Origin: Candidatus Omnitrophota bacterium
GTDB taxonomy: Bacteria; Omnitrophota; Gorgyraeia; S143-82
Reading direction: 5' to 3'
DNA length: 64,000 nucleotides
NCBI GenBank assembly: GCA_015494465.1
Contig: WGBD01000011.1
Location: 3,553 to 67,552, forward strand
In this document: one piece after another, positions 40,849-49,916 of the stretch
Layout of the letters: each line of letters opens with the position of its first letter
Numbering within the stretch: position 1 is the first letter of the stretch
Notes under the pieces: generated by a model
What the model was told of the DNA's origin: nothing
Seen by the model: only the letters and a program-made list of their open reading frames with translations
Databases searched by the model: none
Translations under genes and position numbers: made by a program

Positions 40849-41739
40849 TTAGAACCGGTCCTTTTTCCAATCGTAAAGGAACGCATTCGTCCGCTTCACA
40901 TAATCCCAAAAGTCCTCGGATAACCGTTTCATATCTATCTTATCATAACTGGAATACCGGGCATAAGACAATCGAAATGCCCTGTAAAAGTCGTAACCCG
41001 AGCGCATCCTCCAACAGAAGGTCGCAAAGAAGTTGCGGGGAAACTCGGTCAACAAAAAGTCTATGAGGAGACAGCTCTCCGCATAGAATAGGTCTGCGGT
41101 CTCCTTGTCCATCTTGGCGTACTGACTTCTCCAATCGAATATCTTCTCCAGAGGGATGTACTTGCCCTCCTTCAGGGCCTGGGCAACTATGTAATGAGAG
41201 GCAAAGACCCGCATCTGACTCTCTTCTCTCATAGCGACCCCCTCGTCTATCACATGGGGGATCGGTGTTCCATTCCTGGCCTCATAGAATAGGATGTGGG
41301 TCATCTCGTGGGGCAACACCTGGTACAAAAGGGTCTCCTCCCTCTTGGGTATGTAATAACAGTGTATCTCCCTCCGCTCGGGGATCGCCCCTCCCACCGA
41401 CCACTCCGGCAACTCTACATATTCGTGGAAGTCCTGCTCGTCTCGGTACACATATATACGACAGCGATCGTCCCAAATCCAATAACTGCTCCGCAACAGC
41501 CCCAGATCCTGGACTATCTCCCGATAATACTTCTCCGCATAGCGTTTCAACCGATAAACGAAATCCTTGGGCACACCAGGGCGATAATATATCAGAAAGT
41601 GCATAGACCTTAATAGGTCCCATCCGCTCGAGGATCTAGCCCGTGGGGGATAAGACCCGTACAGCGGAGTAGACATCAATTCCAAGAACACAAGGGCTAT
41701 TGCAACAATGCATCCAATATCTCTTCGCCTGAAGGACAT
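40849..41739 (-). CDS. Membrane-anchored HExxH zinc-metallopeptidase-like protein
   Basis: ATG at 41739 with SD AAAGGAGAGG. N-terminal signal anchor IGCIVAIALVFLEL. HEMTH followed by EG, consistent with an MA-clan-like motif. The ORF-track extension upstream is in the murG-like gene's other frame. Overlaps the murG-like stop by 43 nt. Confidence 0.6.
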   Translation of the reverse strand: MSFRRRDIGCIVAIALVFLELMSTPLYGSYPPRARSSSGWDLLRSMHFLIYYRPGVPKDFVYRLKRYAEKYYREIVQDLGLLRSSYWIWDDRCRIYVYRDEQDFHEYVELPEWSVGGAIPERREIHCYYIPKREETLLYQVLPHEMTHILFYEARNGTPIPHVIDEGVAMREESQMRVFASHYIVAQALKEGKYIPLEKIFDWRSQYAKMDKETADLFYAESCLLIDFLLTEFPRNFFATFCWRMRSGYDFYRAFRLSYARYSSYDKIDMKRLSEDFWDYVKRTNAFLYDWKKDRF

Positions 41740-42746
41740 TGCAACCTCTCCTTTACCTGTCCCCCCAAGTTCTTGCGCAGGAGGTCGTCTTCGACCAAAG
41801 AAAAGATCGCGGAACGCAATCTCTCCTCCCATAGAGGCTGTCTCTCGTTTACCGCAACGACCGCAGGACCAAAGTAGGTTGCGTTCTCGCGCTGATGGGC
41901 CCGGGCATAAGGATAAGGCACGACCACCGCCGGCCGGCCCGCCATGGCAACCTCGGTCAGGGTCATTGCCCCTGCCCTGCAAACCACCACATCCGCTCCC
42001 CTTATAAGGGGATACACCGGCCAGATGTGACCCACCACATTCACTTTCTCAACATCGTACATAGCATAGGCCTGCTTGACATCCGCTACCCACCTGTCCC
42101 CGGAGATGTGTATGACCTCAACCTCCTCCCTTAATTCCGAAAGGATGCGGGGCAAGGTAGTATTCAGGCTCTGCGCTCCTCGGGTACCTCCCAAGACCAA
42201 GACCTTTACCCGATCCCCGGCACTGAACCTGAGAGAAGGCCTTAAAGAGGTATATATGTCGAACGGCAAGTTCGACGAATACACCGCCTTTGACCTCACC
42301 CACCTGGGAAAGTGATCCTCTCCCAATCCGTAAAAAACCGCCCTAGCGTGTACCGAAAAGAGCAGATTCCAGTTCCCCATAACCGCGTTCTGCTCGTGGA
42401 GGAAAAAGGGCAAGCGCTCCTTAATGGCCCGCAGATACAGGCCCAATCCGTAGGAAGAACCAAAATAGATCACCCTATCCACCTCCCTCCAAACCGACTC
42501 AATCTGCTCATCCCAGAACCTAAAAAAACCCTTTCTAAACCAGAGTATAATATCTTTCTTCGGCGACGGCAGGAAGGGAAGGTAAGATACACTATCCTCA
42601 GGCACTACCGAAGAGACCGCTTCTCTGGCAAAGGCCACCTCTTCAACCAACAGGTAGGCCTTTACATTATGGGCCTCCAAGAGCCGATAGAAGGAAAGGG
42701 CAGGGATTATGTGCCCCAACGACCCCCCGGTAATGAGAAGTACCAT
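41697..42746 (-). CDS. murG: GT28-family glycosyltransferase, MurG-like
   Basis: 349 aa. N-terminal ITGGSLGHIIP and central LGGTRGAQSLN match the MurG G-loop pattern. It is separated from murF by prfB and lacks mraY, murD and ftsW neighbours, so the assignment is moderately confident. Confidence 0.55.
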   Translation of the reverse strand: MVLLITGGSLGHIIPALSFYRLLEAHNVKAYLLVEEVAFAREAVSSVVPEDSVSYLPFLPSPKKDIILWFRKGFFRFWDEQIESVWREVDRVIYFGSSYGLGLYLRAIKERLPFFLHEQNAVMGNWNLLFSVHARAVFYGLGEDHFPRWVRSKAVYSSNLPFDIYTSLRPSLRFSAGDRVKVLVLGGTRGAQSLNTTLPRILSELREEVEVIHISGDRWVADVKQAYAMYDVEKVNVVGHIWPVYPLIRGADVVVCRAGAMTLTEVAMAGRPAVVVPYPYARAHQRENATYFGPAVVAVNERQPLWEERLRSAIFSLVEDDLLRKNLGGQVKERLQCPSGEEILDALLQ

Positions 42747-42752
42747 CTGGAC

Positions 42753-43850
42753 CTACTTCTTAGACACCTGCTTCAAATACGCGAATATGAACTCGTCCAG
42801 ATCGCCGTCCAAGACTGCCTGGACATTGCTGGTCTCCACCCCTGTGCGGTGATCCTTCACCAAGGTATAAGGCTGCATAACATAGGAGCGTATCTGACTG
42901 CCCCACTCTATCTTTTTCTTCTCACCGGTCTCCCGAGCTATCTCTTCTTGCCTCTTCTGTTCCTCTAACTCGTACAACCTTGCCTTGAGCATCCGCAGGG
43001 CGGTCTGTTTGTTCTGGAGTTGGGAGCGCTCGTTCCGGCAGGTCACGACTATCCCAGTGGGGATGTGGACTATCCTCACCGCAGAATCCGTGGTATTGAC
43101 GCTCTGGCCTCCGGGACCAGTGGAGCGGAAGACATCTATCCTCAGGTCCTCTTCTTTTATCTCCACCTCTATGTCCTCGTCCATCTCCGGGACCACATCT
43201 ACCGAGGCAAAAGAGGTGTGCCTGCGCTTGTTGGCGTCAAACGGAGATATCCTCACCAAGCGGTGAACCCCACGCTCTGCCTTGAGGTGTCCGTAGGCAT
43301 AAGGCCCTTTCACCAGCATAGAGACCGAACGGATCCCCGCTTCCTCTCCCGGGAGTATGTGAATCACCTCCACATCAAAGCCCTTAAGCGATGCCCACCT
43401 CTGGTACATCCGCATTAGCATGCTCACCCAATCGCAGGCCTCGGTCCCGCCGGCCCCTGCCTGTATCTCCAGAATCGCATTCTTTTCGTCAAATCTGCCG
43501 GAAAACAGCAGGTGCCGCTCCAGGTGTTCCAGTTCCCGGCCAATGGTCTCCACCTCCCTCTCCAATTCGGAGATCACGCCGGGATCGTCCTCGGAGAGTT
43601 CGAGGAGTTCCTCCGCGTCGGATATGCGGTTCCTCATCTCTTCCCACGGCTCTACGGTCTGACGCAGGGTCTTTAACTCCTGCATAAGTTGTCCCGACCG
43701 GCTCCGGTCCTGCCAGAGGCTGGCATCCTGCATCTGTGACTCTATCTCTGCCATGCGGGCCTTCTTGTCCGCTATGTTGAGGGTCTCACAGGCGGATTCC
43801 ACCCGCCTCTCCAGATCCTTGAGTATGTTCCTGAGTTCGACGACCTCCAT
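42753..43850 (-). CDS. prfB: Peptide chain release factor 2 (single uninterrupted ORF, no programmed frameshift)
   Basis: 365 aa with the GGQ motif (STGPGGQSVNTTDSAVRIVHIPTG) and an RF2-type tripeptide region. Confidence 0.9.
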   Translation of the reverse strand: MEVVELRNILKDLERRVESACETLNIADKKARMAEIESQMQDASLWQDRSRSGQLMQELKTLRQTVEPWEEMRNRISDAEELLELSEDDPGVISELEREVETIGRELEHLERHLLFSGRFDEKNAILEIQAGAGGTEACDWVSMLMRMYQRWASLKGFDVEVIHILPGEEAGIRSVSMLVKGPYAYGHLKAERGVHRLVRISPFDANKRRHTSFASVDVVPEMDEDIEVEIKEEDLRIDVFRSTGPGGQSVNTTDSAVRIVHIPTGIVVTCRNERSQLQNKQTALRMLKARLYELEEQKRQEEIARETGEKKKIEWGSQIRSYVMQPYTLVKDHRTGVETSNVQAVLDGDLDEFIFAYLKQVSKK

Positions 43851-43859
43851 AGGTAATGA

Positions 43860-45041
43860 TTATACCCAAAGTTCCAACAACCCGTCCAATCCAATACCCC
43901 GGGAGCCTTTTAGGAATACCCACTTCGCAGGAGATAGTATCCGAGCGATCTCTTCCTTGTATTGCCTCCAGTCCTCAAAACAATGGGCGCATACCTGCTC
44001 GTGCTCCACCGCCTCACGGAATTCCTTGCCTACGAACACCTTAATCGCGGAAGGGAACATGTACTGCGCAAAGGCAACGATGTCCCGGTGGTACTTCTGA
44101 CTCTCCGCTCCCAATTCCAGCATGTCCCCGAGGACCAGCCCCACTGACTCCTCCTCACCCACTAATTCCTTAAAACTGCTCAAACTGGCCTTCATAGACC
44201 CGGGATTGGCATTATAACTGTCGTCAACTACGCGTTTGTCTTTACCCTTTATCAGTCGAAATCTGCCCTCCGGCACCTCAAATTCCCTCCAATCCACCGA
44301 GACCAAATCCGGTATCCCCATCTCCTTACCGAGGGCAGACATCAGACCTAACAGATCGCGAAAGTGTTCGCCGGGGAGGGGGAATGTCTTCTCCTCCACC
44401 GCCCCAACCCAGTGCACGGGATAACCACGAACGAACTCCTCTAAGGCGAAGAAGAACCTGACCGGCACGAACCCCTTTTTCACCCCTGCGAGTATGTCCG
44501 ACTTCTCCCTTGCCACATCGGGGACCGATCCCAGACCCTCCAGGTGAGAGGGATAAACGCTGGTTATCACCGCGTAGTGCGGGCGCACGAGATCCGCAAG
44601 GGCCCTGATCTCACCCGGGGCACTGGTGCCCAATTCCAATACCCAGAATTCCGCGTCCAGATCCGCATTGCACACCGCCAAGGGAAGACCTATCTGGTTG
44701 TTGCGATTACCGGGGCTGAACGAGACCCTCTTTCCTGCACGAGTCAGGGCATACACCAGCATCTCCTTGAAGGTGGTCTTGCCCGCGCTACCGGTTATGC
44801 CGATAACCCTACCCGAAAACCGGGATCGCCTTTCCCTTGCCTTCTCCCAGAGGTATCCCACGGTATCCGGGACGCAGAGGATCTTCTCTCCGTCCGAATA
44901 ACCTGCCCCTTCGGGCACCACGCACAGACCCGCCCCCCGCTCCAGAGCAGAAGGCACGAACCTAACCCCACCCCTTATCGCCACGAAGACATCCCCGGGC
45001 TGGACTTGTCGGGAATCTATCCTGATCTTGCCCCTGCCCAC
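43860..45041 (-). CDS. murF: UDP-N-acetylmuramoyl-tripeptide--D-alanyl-D-alanine ligase
   Basis: 393 aa Mur ligase with a P-loop GITGSAGKTT. Follows murE with a 25 nt overlap. Confidence 0.85.
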   Translation of the reverse strand: MGRGKIRIDSRQVQPGDVFVAIRGGVRFVPSALERGAGLCVVPEGAGYSDGEKILCVPDTVGYLWEKARERRSRFSGRVIGITGSAGKTTFKEMLVYALTRAGKRVSFSPGNRNNQIGLPLAVCNADLDAEFWVLELGTSAPGEIRALADLVRPHYAVITSVYPSHLEGLGSVPDVAREKSDILAGVKKGFVPVRFFFALEEFVRGYPVHWVGAVEEKTFPLPGEHFRDLLGLMSALGKEMGIPDLVSVDWREFEVPEGRFRLIKGKDKRVVDDSYNANPGSMKASLSSFKELVGEEESVGLVLGDMLELGAESQKYHRDIVAFAQYMFPSAIKVFVGKEFREAVEHEQVCAHCFEDWRQYKEEIARILSPAKWVFLKGSRGIGLDGLLELWV

Positions 45042-46447
45042 TCCCTGACCACCTCCACATCGGAGAAGGGATACCTGGTATCCCCTATTATTTGATAGTC
45101 CTCGTGACCCTTTCCCGCTATGACCACCACATCCGACGGACCTGCCACATCGAGTGCCCTATAGATGGCCTTGCGCCTGTCCAGCTCCACCACAACCTGG
45201 GACGGATCCGAGATGCCTGAGAGGATGTCCTCGATTATCCTCTGCGGGTCCTCGGTGCGGGGATTGTCCGAGGTAATCACCACCACATCCGCAAGGTCCG
45301 AGGCGATCCTGCCCATCAGCGGGCGCTTGCCCCGGTCCCTGTCTCCGCCACAGCCAAACACGCACAGGAGCCGATTGAATCCGCCCACCTCCCTTATAGC
45401 CCTCAACACCGTCTCCAGCCCGTCAGGAGTATGGGCGTAATCCACGAACACATGCCTGCCATCCACCTGAACCCGCTGAACCCTGCCCGGCACTCCCGGA
45501 AAGGTCCGCATCTCCCGGCACAGGTCCTCAACCGAGCGCTCCTGCCGTAAACTGGAGACCCCCACGACTGAGGTTATCGCGTTGATCAGGTTATACCTGC
45601 CCAGCATCGGCACCTCTATGCGATACTCCTTCCCCTGATAGGCGAACACCGCCTCCCCTCCTTCCAAGGATAGACGGCACTGCCTTAATTCCACCCCGCC
45701 CCCCTCGCCTATCCCTATCAGCCTATCTCCAAGAGCCCTTCGCAGGCGGTCCGCAAGTCGCCTGCCCCAATCTTCCTCCACATTCACCACCGCAACCCCA
45801 GAATCCTTAAGGTGGGCCTCGAATAGGCGCAGTTTTGCCCGAAAGTAATCCTCCATGTCCCTGTGGTAATCCAGGTGATCCCGGGTGAGATTGGTAAAGA
45901 CCGCGCAATCCACTCTCAACTCCCCCAGCCTGCCCTGACTCAATCCGTGGGAAGAGGCCTCCATCACCACCCGACGGATGCCCGATTCCTTTGCCCTTAC
46001 CAACAACTCTAGGAGGATCTCCAGAGAGGGTGTGGTGGTCTGGGACGGCAACATCTTCGAACCGAGGGCGTAGTCAACCGTCCCTATCCTCAAGACGCTG
46101 TCCGGTCCCAACAGGTGGGACATCATGTAGGATACGGTGGTCTTACCGTTGGTGCCGGTGACGGCGATTATCTCGAAGTCCTCTGCAGAGATACCGTAGA
46201 ACCTGCAGAAGTCCTGATAGAAGGCCTTGCGGGCATCGGGAACCACCCTCAATTCCACCCCCTCCGGAAGGTCCGTTCCAGGAGGGCCCTCGCAGACGAT
46301 CCCAACTGCTCCCTTTTCTATCGCCTCCGAGATAAACTCCTTCCCGGATCGGCCCACCCCGGGCAGAGCGTAGAAGACCCATCCCGGTTTGACCTTACGG
46401 GAATCGCTGGTGAGACCAAGGATGTCTGAGCCTCTCTCCGAGGACAT
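45017..46447 (-). CDS. murE: UDP-N-acetylmuramoyl-L-alanyl-D-glutamate--2,6-diaminopimelate ligase
   Basis: 476 aa Mur ligase (AVTGTNGKTT), with the DNPR motif consistent with mDAP-type MurE. Confidence 0.88.
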   Translation of the reverse strand: MSSERGSDILGLTSDSRKVKPGWVFYALPGVGRSGKEFISEAIEKGAVGIVCEGPPGTDLPEGVELRVVPDARKAFYQDFCRFYGISAEDFEIIAVTGTNGKTTVSYMMSHLLGPDSVLRIGTVDYALGSKMLPSQTTTPSLEILLELLVRAKESGIRRVVMEASSHGLSQGRLGELRVDCAVFTNLTRDHLDYHRDMEDYFRAKLRLFEAHLKDSGVAVVNVEEDWGRRLADRLRRALGDRLIGIGEGGGVELRQCRLSLEGGEAVFAYQGKEYRIEVPMLGRYNLINAITSVVGVSSLRQERSVEDLCREMRTFPGVPGRVQRVQVDGRHVFVDYAHTPDGLETVLRAIREVGGFNRLLCVFGCGGDRDRGKRPLMGRIASDLADVVVITSDNPRTEDPQRIIEDILSGISDPSQVVVELDRRKAIYRALDVAGPSDVVVIAGKGHEDYQIIGDTRYPFSDVEVVREWAGARSG

Positions 46448-48141
46448 CAGTCCTTCTTCACCTCTCTCGATGCGGTAGGAGCGATACCGAGGTAATTCAG
46501 CACATCTTGAGCTATCCTCTTAAATGTAGGGGCGCAAACCACCCCGCCGAAGTGAAACGGCTTCTTGGTGCGGGCGCTGACCACAATCACCACCTCCGGA
46601 TCCTCCCCTGGCACGAATCCCACGAACGAACTGTTGAAGTAGACATTGGAATACCTGCCGTCCACTATCCTCTGGGCGGTGCCGGTCTTTCCCGCCACCG
46701 AAAAACCCTCCAACTGGGCCCTCCTGCCCGTGCCCGTCTCTACCACCGCCTTCATTATCTCCCTAAGCCGGGAGGCAGTCAAAGGTGATATCACGCGTCT
46801 CCTCTCTTTACCCTTAGACAGGTCCTTCAGGACGAACCCCTTCCAGTCCAGTAGGGCCCTGCCCACATAAGGCTGTACCCAATACCCACCGTTGGCTATG
46901 ACCGATACCGCGCAGGCCAATTGGATAGCGGAGACGCCTACCTCCTGCCCTATAGGGACTGCAGAGATACTTATCTTGGACCAAAACGACGGTTTTTTCA
47001 GACTGCCCGGGGTCTCACCGGGCAGGTCGATCCCCGTTTTTCTCCCGAAGCCAAACCTCAATATGTAATCGTAGAGGCGCTCTTTCCCCAGACGCTGGGC
47101 AACCTTCACCGTACCGATGTTGCTGGACTTCTCTATCACCTGTTTAAAGGTCAACTCCCCGTAAGGATGATAATCGTGGAGAATGTGGGAGAAGACCCTA
47201 TAGGCACCGTTCTCACAGAATATCTTCTCCTCCTCACTCACTACCCCCTCCTCCAGGGCAGCAGAGGCGGTGATAATCTTGAACACCGATCCCGGCTCGT
47301 ACATGTCGGTTATCGCCCGGTTGCGCATGGTCTCGGGATCTACCTCGTAGAACCGGTTGGGATCAAAGGTGGGCCTCACCGCCATGGCCAGGACCTGCCC
47401 GGTAAACGGATCCATGACCACCGCCCAGGCTGAAGAGGGCTTGAACTTCTCCACCATCCAATCCAGTGCAGATTCGGTGATGCTCTGTATCACCTTATCT
47501 ATGGTCAACTCCAGATTGACGCCGCTGCGCGGGGAGACATAGCCCTCGGACTCGAGCGGGAGGGTAACGGTGCGACCATCTCTGATCAGGTACATCTTAC
47601 CGTCCTCTCCCCTCAGGAAGTCGTCGTAATACAGCTCCACTCCTGCCATCCCCCTCCTGTCCACATTCACGAAACCTACGACATGACTGGCAAGGGACTT
47701 ATCGGGATAAAAGCGGGTGAACTCCCGTATCCAGCCTAGCCCCGGCAGTTTCAGAGAATCTATCCTCTTCTTGGTCTCCAGATCGAGTTTGCGCCTTATC
47801 CAGACGAAGGCCTTGTCCTTATAGAGGCGGGACAGAATCTTATCCCGAGACAGTCCGAGGATCCTTGATAGCCTTTCTGCAACCTCCTCCTTCTGGGCGG
47901 AAGACATGCTCCTCGGCTGGGCGTAGAGGGAAAACGAGACGATGTCAAAGGCGAAAGCACGCTTGTTGCGATCGGTTATTACCCCGCGCTTGGCAGGCAA
48001 TACGATGGATACATTGTGCTGGCGACGGGCCTGCTCCAGGAAGAAATCGTGCCTTAGCACCTGAAGGTAGACGGTGCGTCCCAACTCCAGACCCAACAGC
48101 AAAAAGAAGACGAACCATAACGCGTATATCCGCTTATTCAT
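46447..48141 (-). CDS. ftsI: Peptidoglycan D,D-transpeptidase FtsI (class B PBP)
   Basis: Start MNKRIYALWFVFFLLLGL at 48141 is a TM anchor. SxxK in FKIITASAAL, plus SSN and KTG motifs. Overlaps the ftsL stop by 8 nt. Confidence 0.88.
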   Translation of the reverse strand: MNKRIYALWFVFFLLLGLELGRTVYLQVLRHDFFLEQARRQHNVSIVLPAKRGVITDRNKRAFAFDIVSFSLYAQPRSMSSAQKEEVAERLSRILGLSRDKILSRLYKDKAFVWIRRKLDLETKKRIDSLKLPGLGWIREFTRFYPDKSLASHVVGFVNVDRRGMAGVELYYDDFLRGEDGKMYLIRDGRTVTLPLESEGYVSPRSGVNLELTIDKVIQSITESALDWMVEKFKPSSAWAVVMDPFTGQVLAMAVRPTFDPNRFYEVDPETMRNRAITDMYEPGSVFKIITASAALEEGVVSEEEKIFCENGAYRVFSHILHDYHPYGELTFKQVIEKSSNIGTVKVAQRLGKERLYDYILRFGFGRKTGIDLPGETPGSLKKPSFWSKISISAVPIGQEVGVSAIQLACAVSVIANGGYWVQPYVGRALLDWKGFVLKDLSKGKERRRVISPLTASRLREIMKAVVETGTGRRAQLEGFSVAGKTGTAQRIVDGRYSNVYFNSSFVGFVPGEDPEVVIVVSARTKKPFHFGGVVCAPTFKRIAQDVLNYLGIAPTASREVKKD

Positions 48142-48475
48142 CCGCCACGGCCTGAGGCATACCGAAGACTCGGGACCAGAGATTGGTCTTGCGGACCTTA
48201 GAGGTAGAGCCACAGCGCAGGCTGACTACCTTGGTAGGGATCGCATAGGTCAGAGGTACCTGACGGGCAAGCAACCTTTCCTGCATCTCCGAAGGAGAAC
48301 TCACCTCCAAGATCTTGGCCAGGTAGTACTCCCTCTGACAGAGGAGTTTATCCCTCTGGCGATAGAGTTTGTGCAGACGATACATAGCGGAGATGGTCTT
48401 GACCTGCAGATCTACATACAAGATCGCCAGCGCGGTAAGGAATGCGATCCCGATTATCCACCTTTTCATATTCAA
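48134..48475 (-). CDS. ftsL: Cell division protein FtsL
   Basis: 113 aa bitopic protein with a TM helix IIGIAFLTALAILYV followed by a coiled coil. Sits in the canonical position between rsmH and ftsI. Confidence 0.75.
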   Translation of the reverse strand: MNMKRWIIGIAFLTALAILYVDLQVKTISAMYRLHKLYRQRDKLLCQREYYLAKILEVSSPSEMQERLLARQVPLTYAIPTKVVSLRCGSTSKVRKTNLWSRVFGMPQAVADE

Positions 48476-49380
48476 CCTGCCTTGCGTATTGCCCTGAACT
48501 TTGCACTCCTTGCCCGGGAATTCCCCGCAACTTCATCAGGGGATGGGCGCAACGGCTTCTTGGTCAACAGTTCAAAGCCCCCTCCCCTGGCCAACTGACG
48601 GAATGTGTGCTTTACGATCCTGTCCTCGAGAGAGTGGAAGGATATAACTCCCAATCTACCCCCCGGGGCCAAGGCCTTTACCGCCTTAGAGAGTCCGGTC
48701 TCCAACTGATGCAGTTCGTCGTTGACCACGATTCGCAAGGCCTGGAATATCCGGGTTGCGGGGTGTATCCTTTGCCTCCTGGCCCGGGAGGGCAGTGCGG
48801 ACAGGACTATGTTTACCAGATCCCCGGTGGTCTCCACTGGATAGCGCAGGCGCCTTTCCACTATCGCCCGGGCTATCCGGGAGGCAAATCGCTCCTCCCC
48901 GTACACCCGAAATACCCGCTCCAGTTCCTCCTGAGACAGGGAGTTCAACAACTCCGCAGCGGTAAATCCCCGACTGTCGTCCATCCTCATGTCAAGATAG
49001 GCGTCGTAGCGGAAACTGAACCCCCGCGAGGGGTCGTCCAACTGCATAGAAGAGATCCCCAGATCAAAAAGGATTACATCCACCGCCTCTATGCCAACCT
49101 TCAACAGGTATTCGTCAAGGTTGGAGTAGGGCCCTTGGAACAGATAGTAGCGTCCCCCCTTTACCCCCCTCAGGGTCGTCTCTGCTCTCTCAAGGGCCCT
49201 AGGGTCAAGGTCAATACCCACGAGCACGCCACCTGGTACTGCCCTCTCCAGGAGGGCACGAGCGTGACCTCCTGCACCCACGGTGCAGTCGAGGATCCGC
49301 TCACCTCTTTGGGGCGAGAGCACCTCAAGCACCTCTCCCAGCATTACAGGTATGTGATCTATCCCCCCGTTTACATTCAT
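48472..49380 (-). CDS. rsmH: 16S rRNA (cytosine1402-N4)-methyltransferase
   Basis: 302 aa. N-terminus HIPVMLGEVLEVL and the SAM-binding motif DCTVGAGGHA. Confidence 0.92.
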   Translation of the reverse strand: MNVNGGIDHIPVMLGEVLEVLSPQRGERILDCTVGAGGHARALLERAVPGGVLVGIDLDPRALERAETTLRGVKGGRYYLFQGPYSNLDEYLLKVGIEAVDVILFDLGISSMQLDDPSRGFSFRYDAYLDMRMDDSRGFTAAELLNSLSQEELERVFRVYGEERFASRIARAIVERRLRYPVETTGDLVNIVLSALPSRARRQRIHPATRIFQALRIVVNDELHQLETGLSKAVKALAPGGRLGVISFHSLEDRIVKHTFRQLARGGGFELLTKKPLRPSPDEVAGNSRARSAKFRAIRKAG

Positions 49381-49814
49381 CCCTGTATCAACTGCTCAGC
49401 AATGGACTCAAAGTCCCCTATGGCCTCGGAATAGAACCTGTCCCAGTTCTCCTTGCTCCATATCTCTATGCGGGAAGAAACCCCTATCACCACTATCTCC
49501 CTATCTATCCCGGCAAACTCCTTCAGGTAGGCAGGTATCAGTATCCTCCCCTGCCGGGTCAACTCTATCTCCACCGCCCCGGAGAAGTATATCCGGTTGA
49601 ACCTTCGGGCAGTAGAACTGGTTAGGGGCAGGGCCTTGAACGCGGACTCCTGCCTGCGCCACTCCACATCCGGAAATAGGAACAGACACCTGTCCAGCCC
49701 TCGGGTGAGAAAGAAAGAGCGGATGTTGTGCTTCTCTGCCACCTCTCTGAACCTCGCTGGGAGGATAAACCGGTTCTTGTCGTCAAGGGTATGGAGGTAT
49801 TCCCCGTAAAACAT
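49377..49814 (-). CDS. mraZ: Transcriptional regulator MraZ
   Basis: 145 aa. MFYGEYLHTLDDKNRFILPARFR gives the duplicated MraZ domain with a DxxxR motif. Confidence 0.92.
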   Translation of the reverse strand: MFYGEYLHTLDDKNRFILPARFREVAEKHNIRSFFLTRGLDRCLFLFPDVEWRRQESAFKALPLTSSTARRFNRIYFSGAVEIELTRQGRILIPAYLKEFAGIDREIVVIGVSSRIEIWSKENWDRFYSEAIGDFESIAEQLIQG

Positions 49815-49839
49815 TCCACTTTACTCCACTTTATTCCAC
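49815..49839 (-). promoter_or_regulatory. Putative MraZ operator: three direct GTGGA repeats at 10 bp periodicity in the mraZ leader
   Basis: Minus strand reads TTTGTGGAATAAAGTGGAGTAAAGTGGAATG, ending at the ATG. The three GTGGA(A/G) boxes are spaced 10 bp apart. This resembles the MraZ box, which is a triple direct repeat of TGGGN with 5 nt spacers in E. coli and AAAGTGG-type in Firmicutes and Mollicutes. Confidence 0.6.
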
Positions 49840-49845
49840 AAATGG

Positions 49846-49875
49846 AGTATAATACTCCAATCCACCTCTTGTCAA
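49846..49875 (-). promoter_or_regulatory. Putative dcw/mraZ promoter (-35 TTGACA, 17 to 18 nt spacer, -10 TATACT/TTATAC)
   Basis: Minus strand reads TTGACAAGAGGTGGATTGGAGTATTATACT, with consensus -35 and near-consensus -10 hexamers. It lies in the only sizeable intergenic gap of the region (49815..49916). Confidence 0.65.
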
Positions 49876-49916
49876 TGGGAAAGTAATCGAGTTAGTCCAA
49901 AGAGTGGAAAAAGGCA

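Noticed and set aside
42753-43850. Looked for the programmed +1 frameshift site of prfB
   Set aside because: RF2 is encoded as one uninterrupted 365 aa ORF from a normal ATG. No short upstream ORF ending in a CUU UGA-type shifty stop is present.
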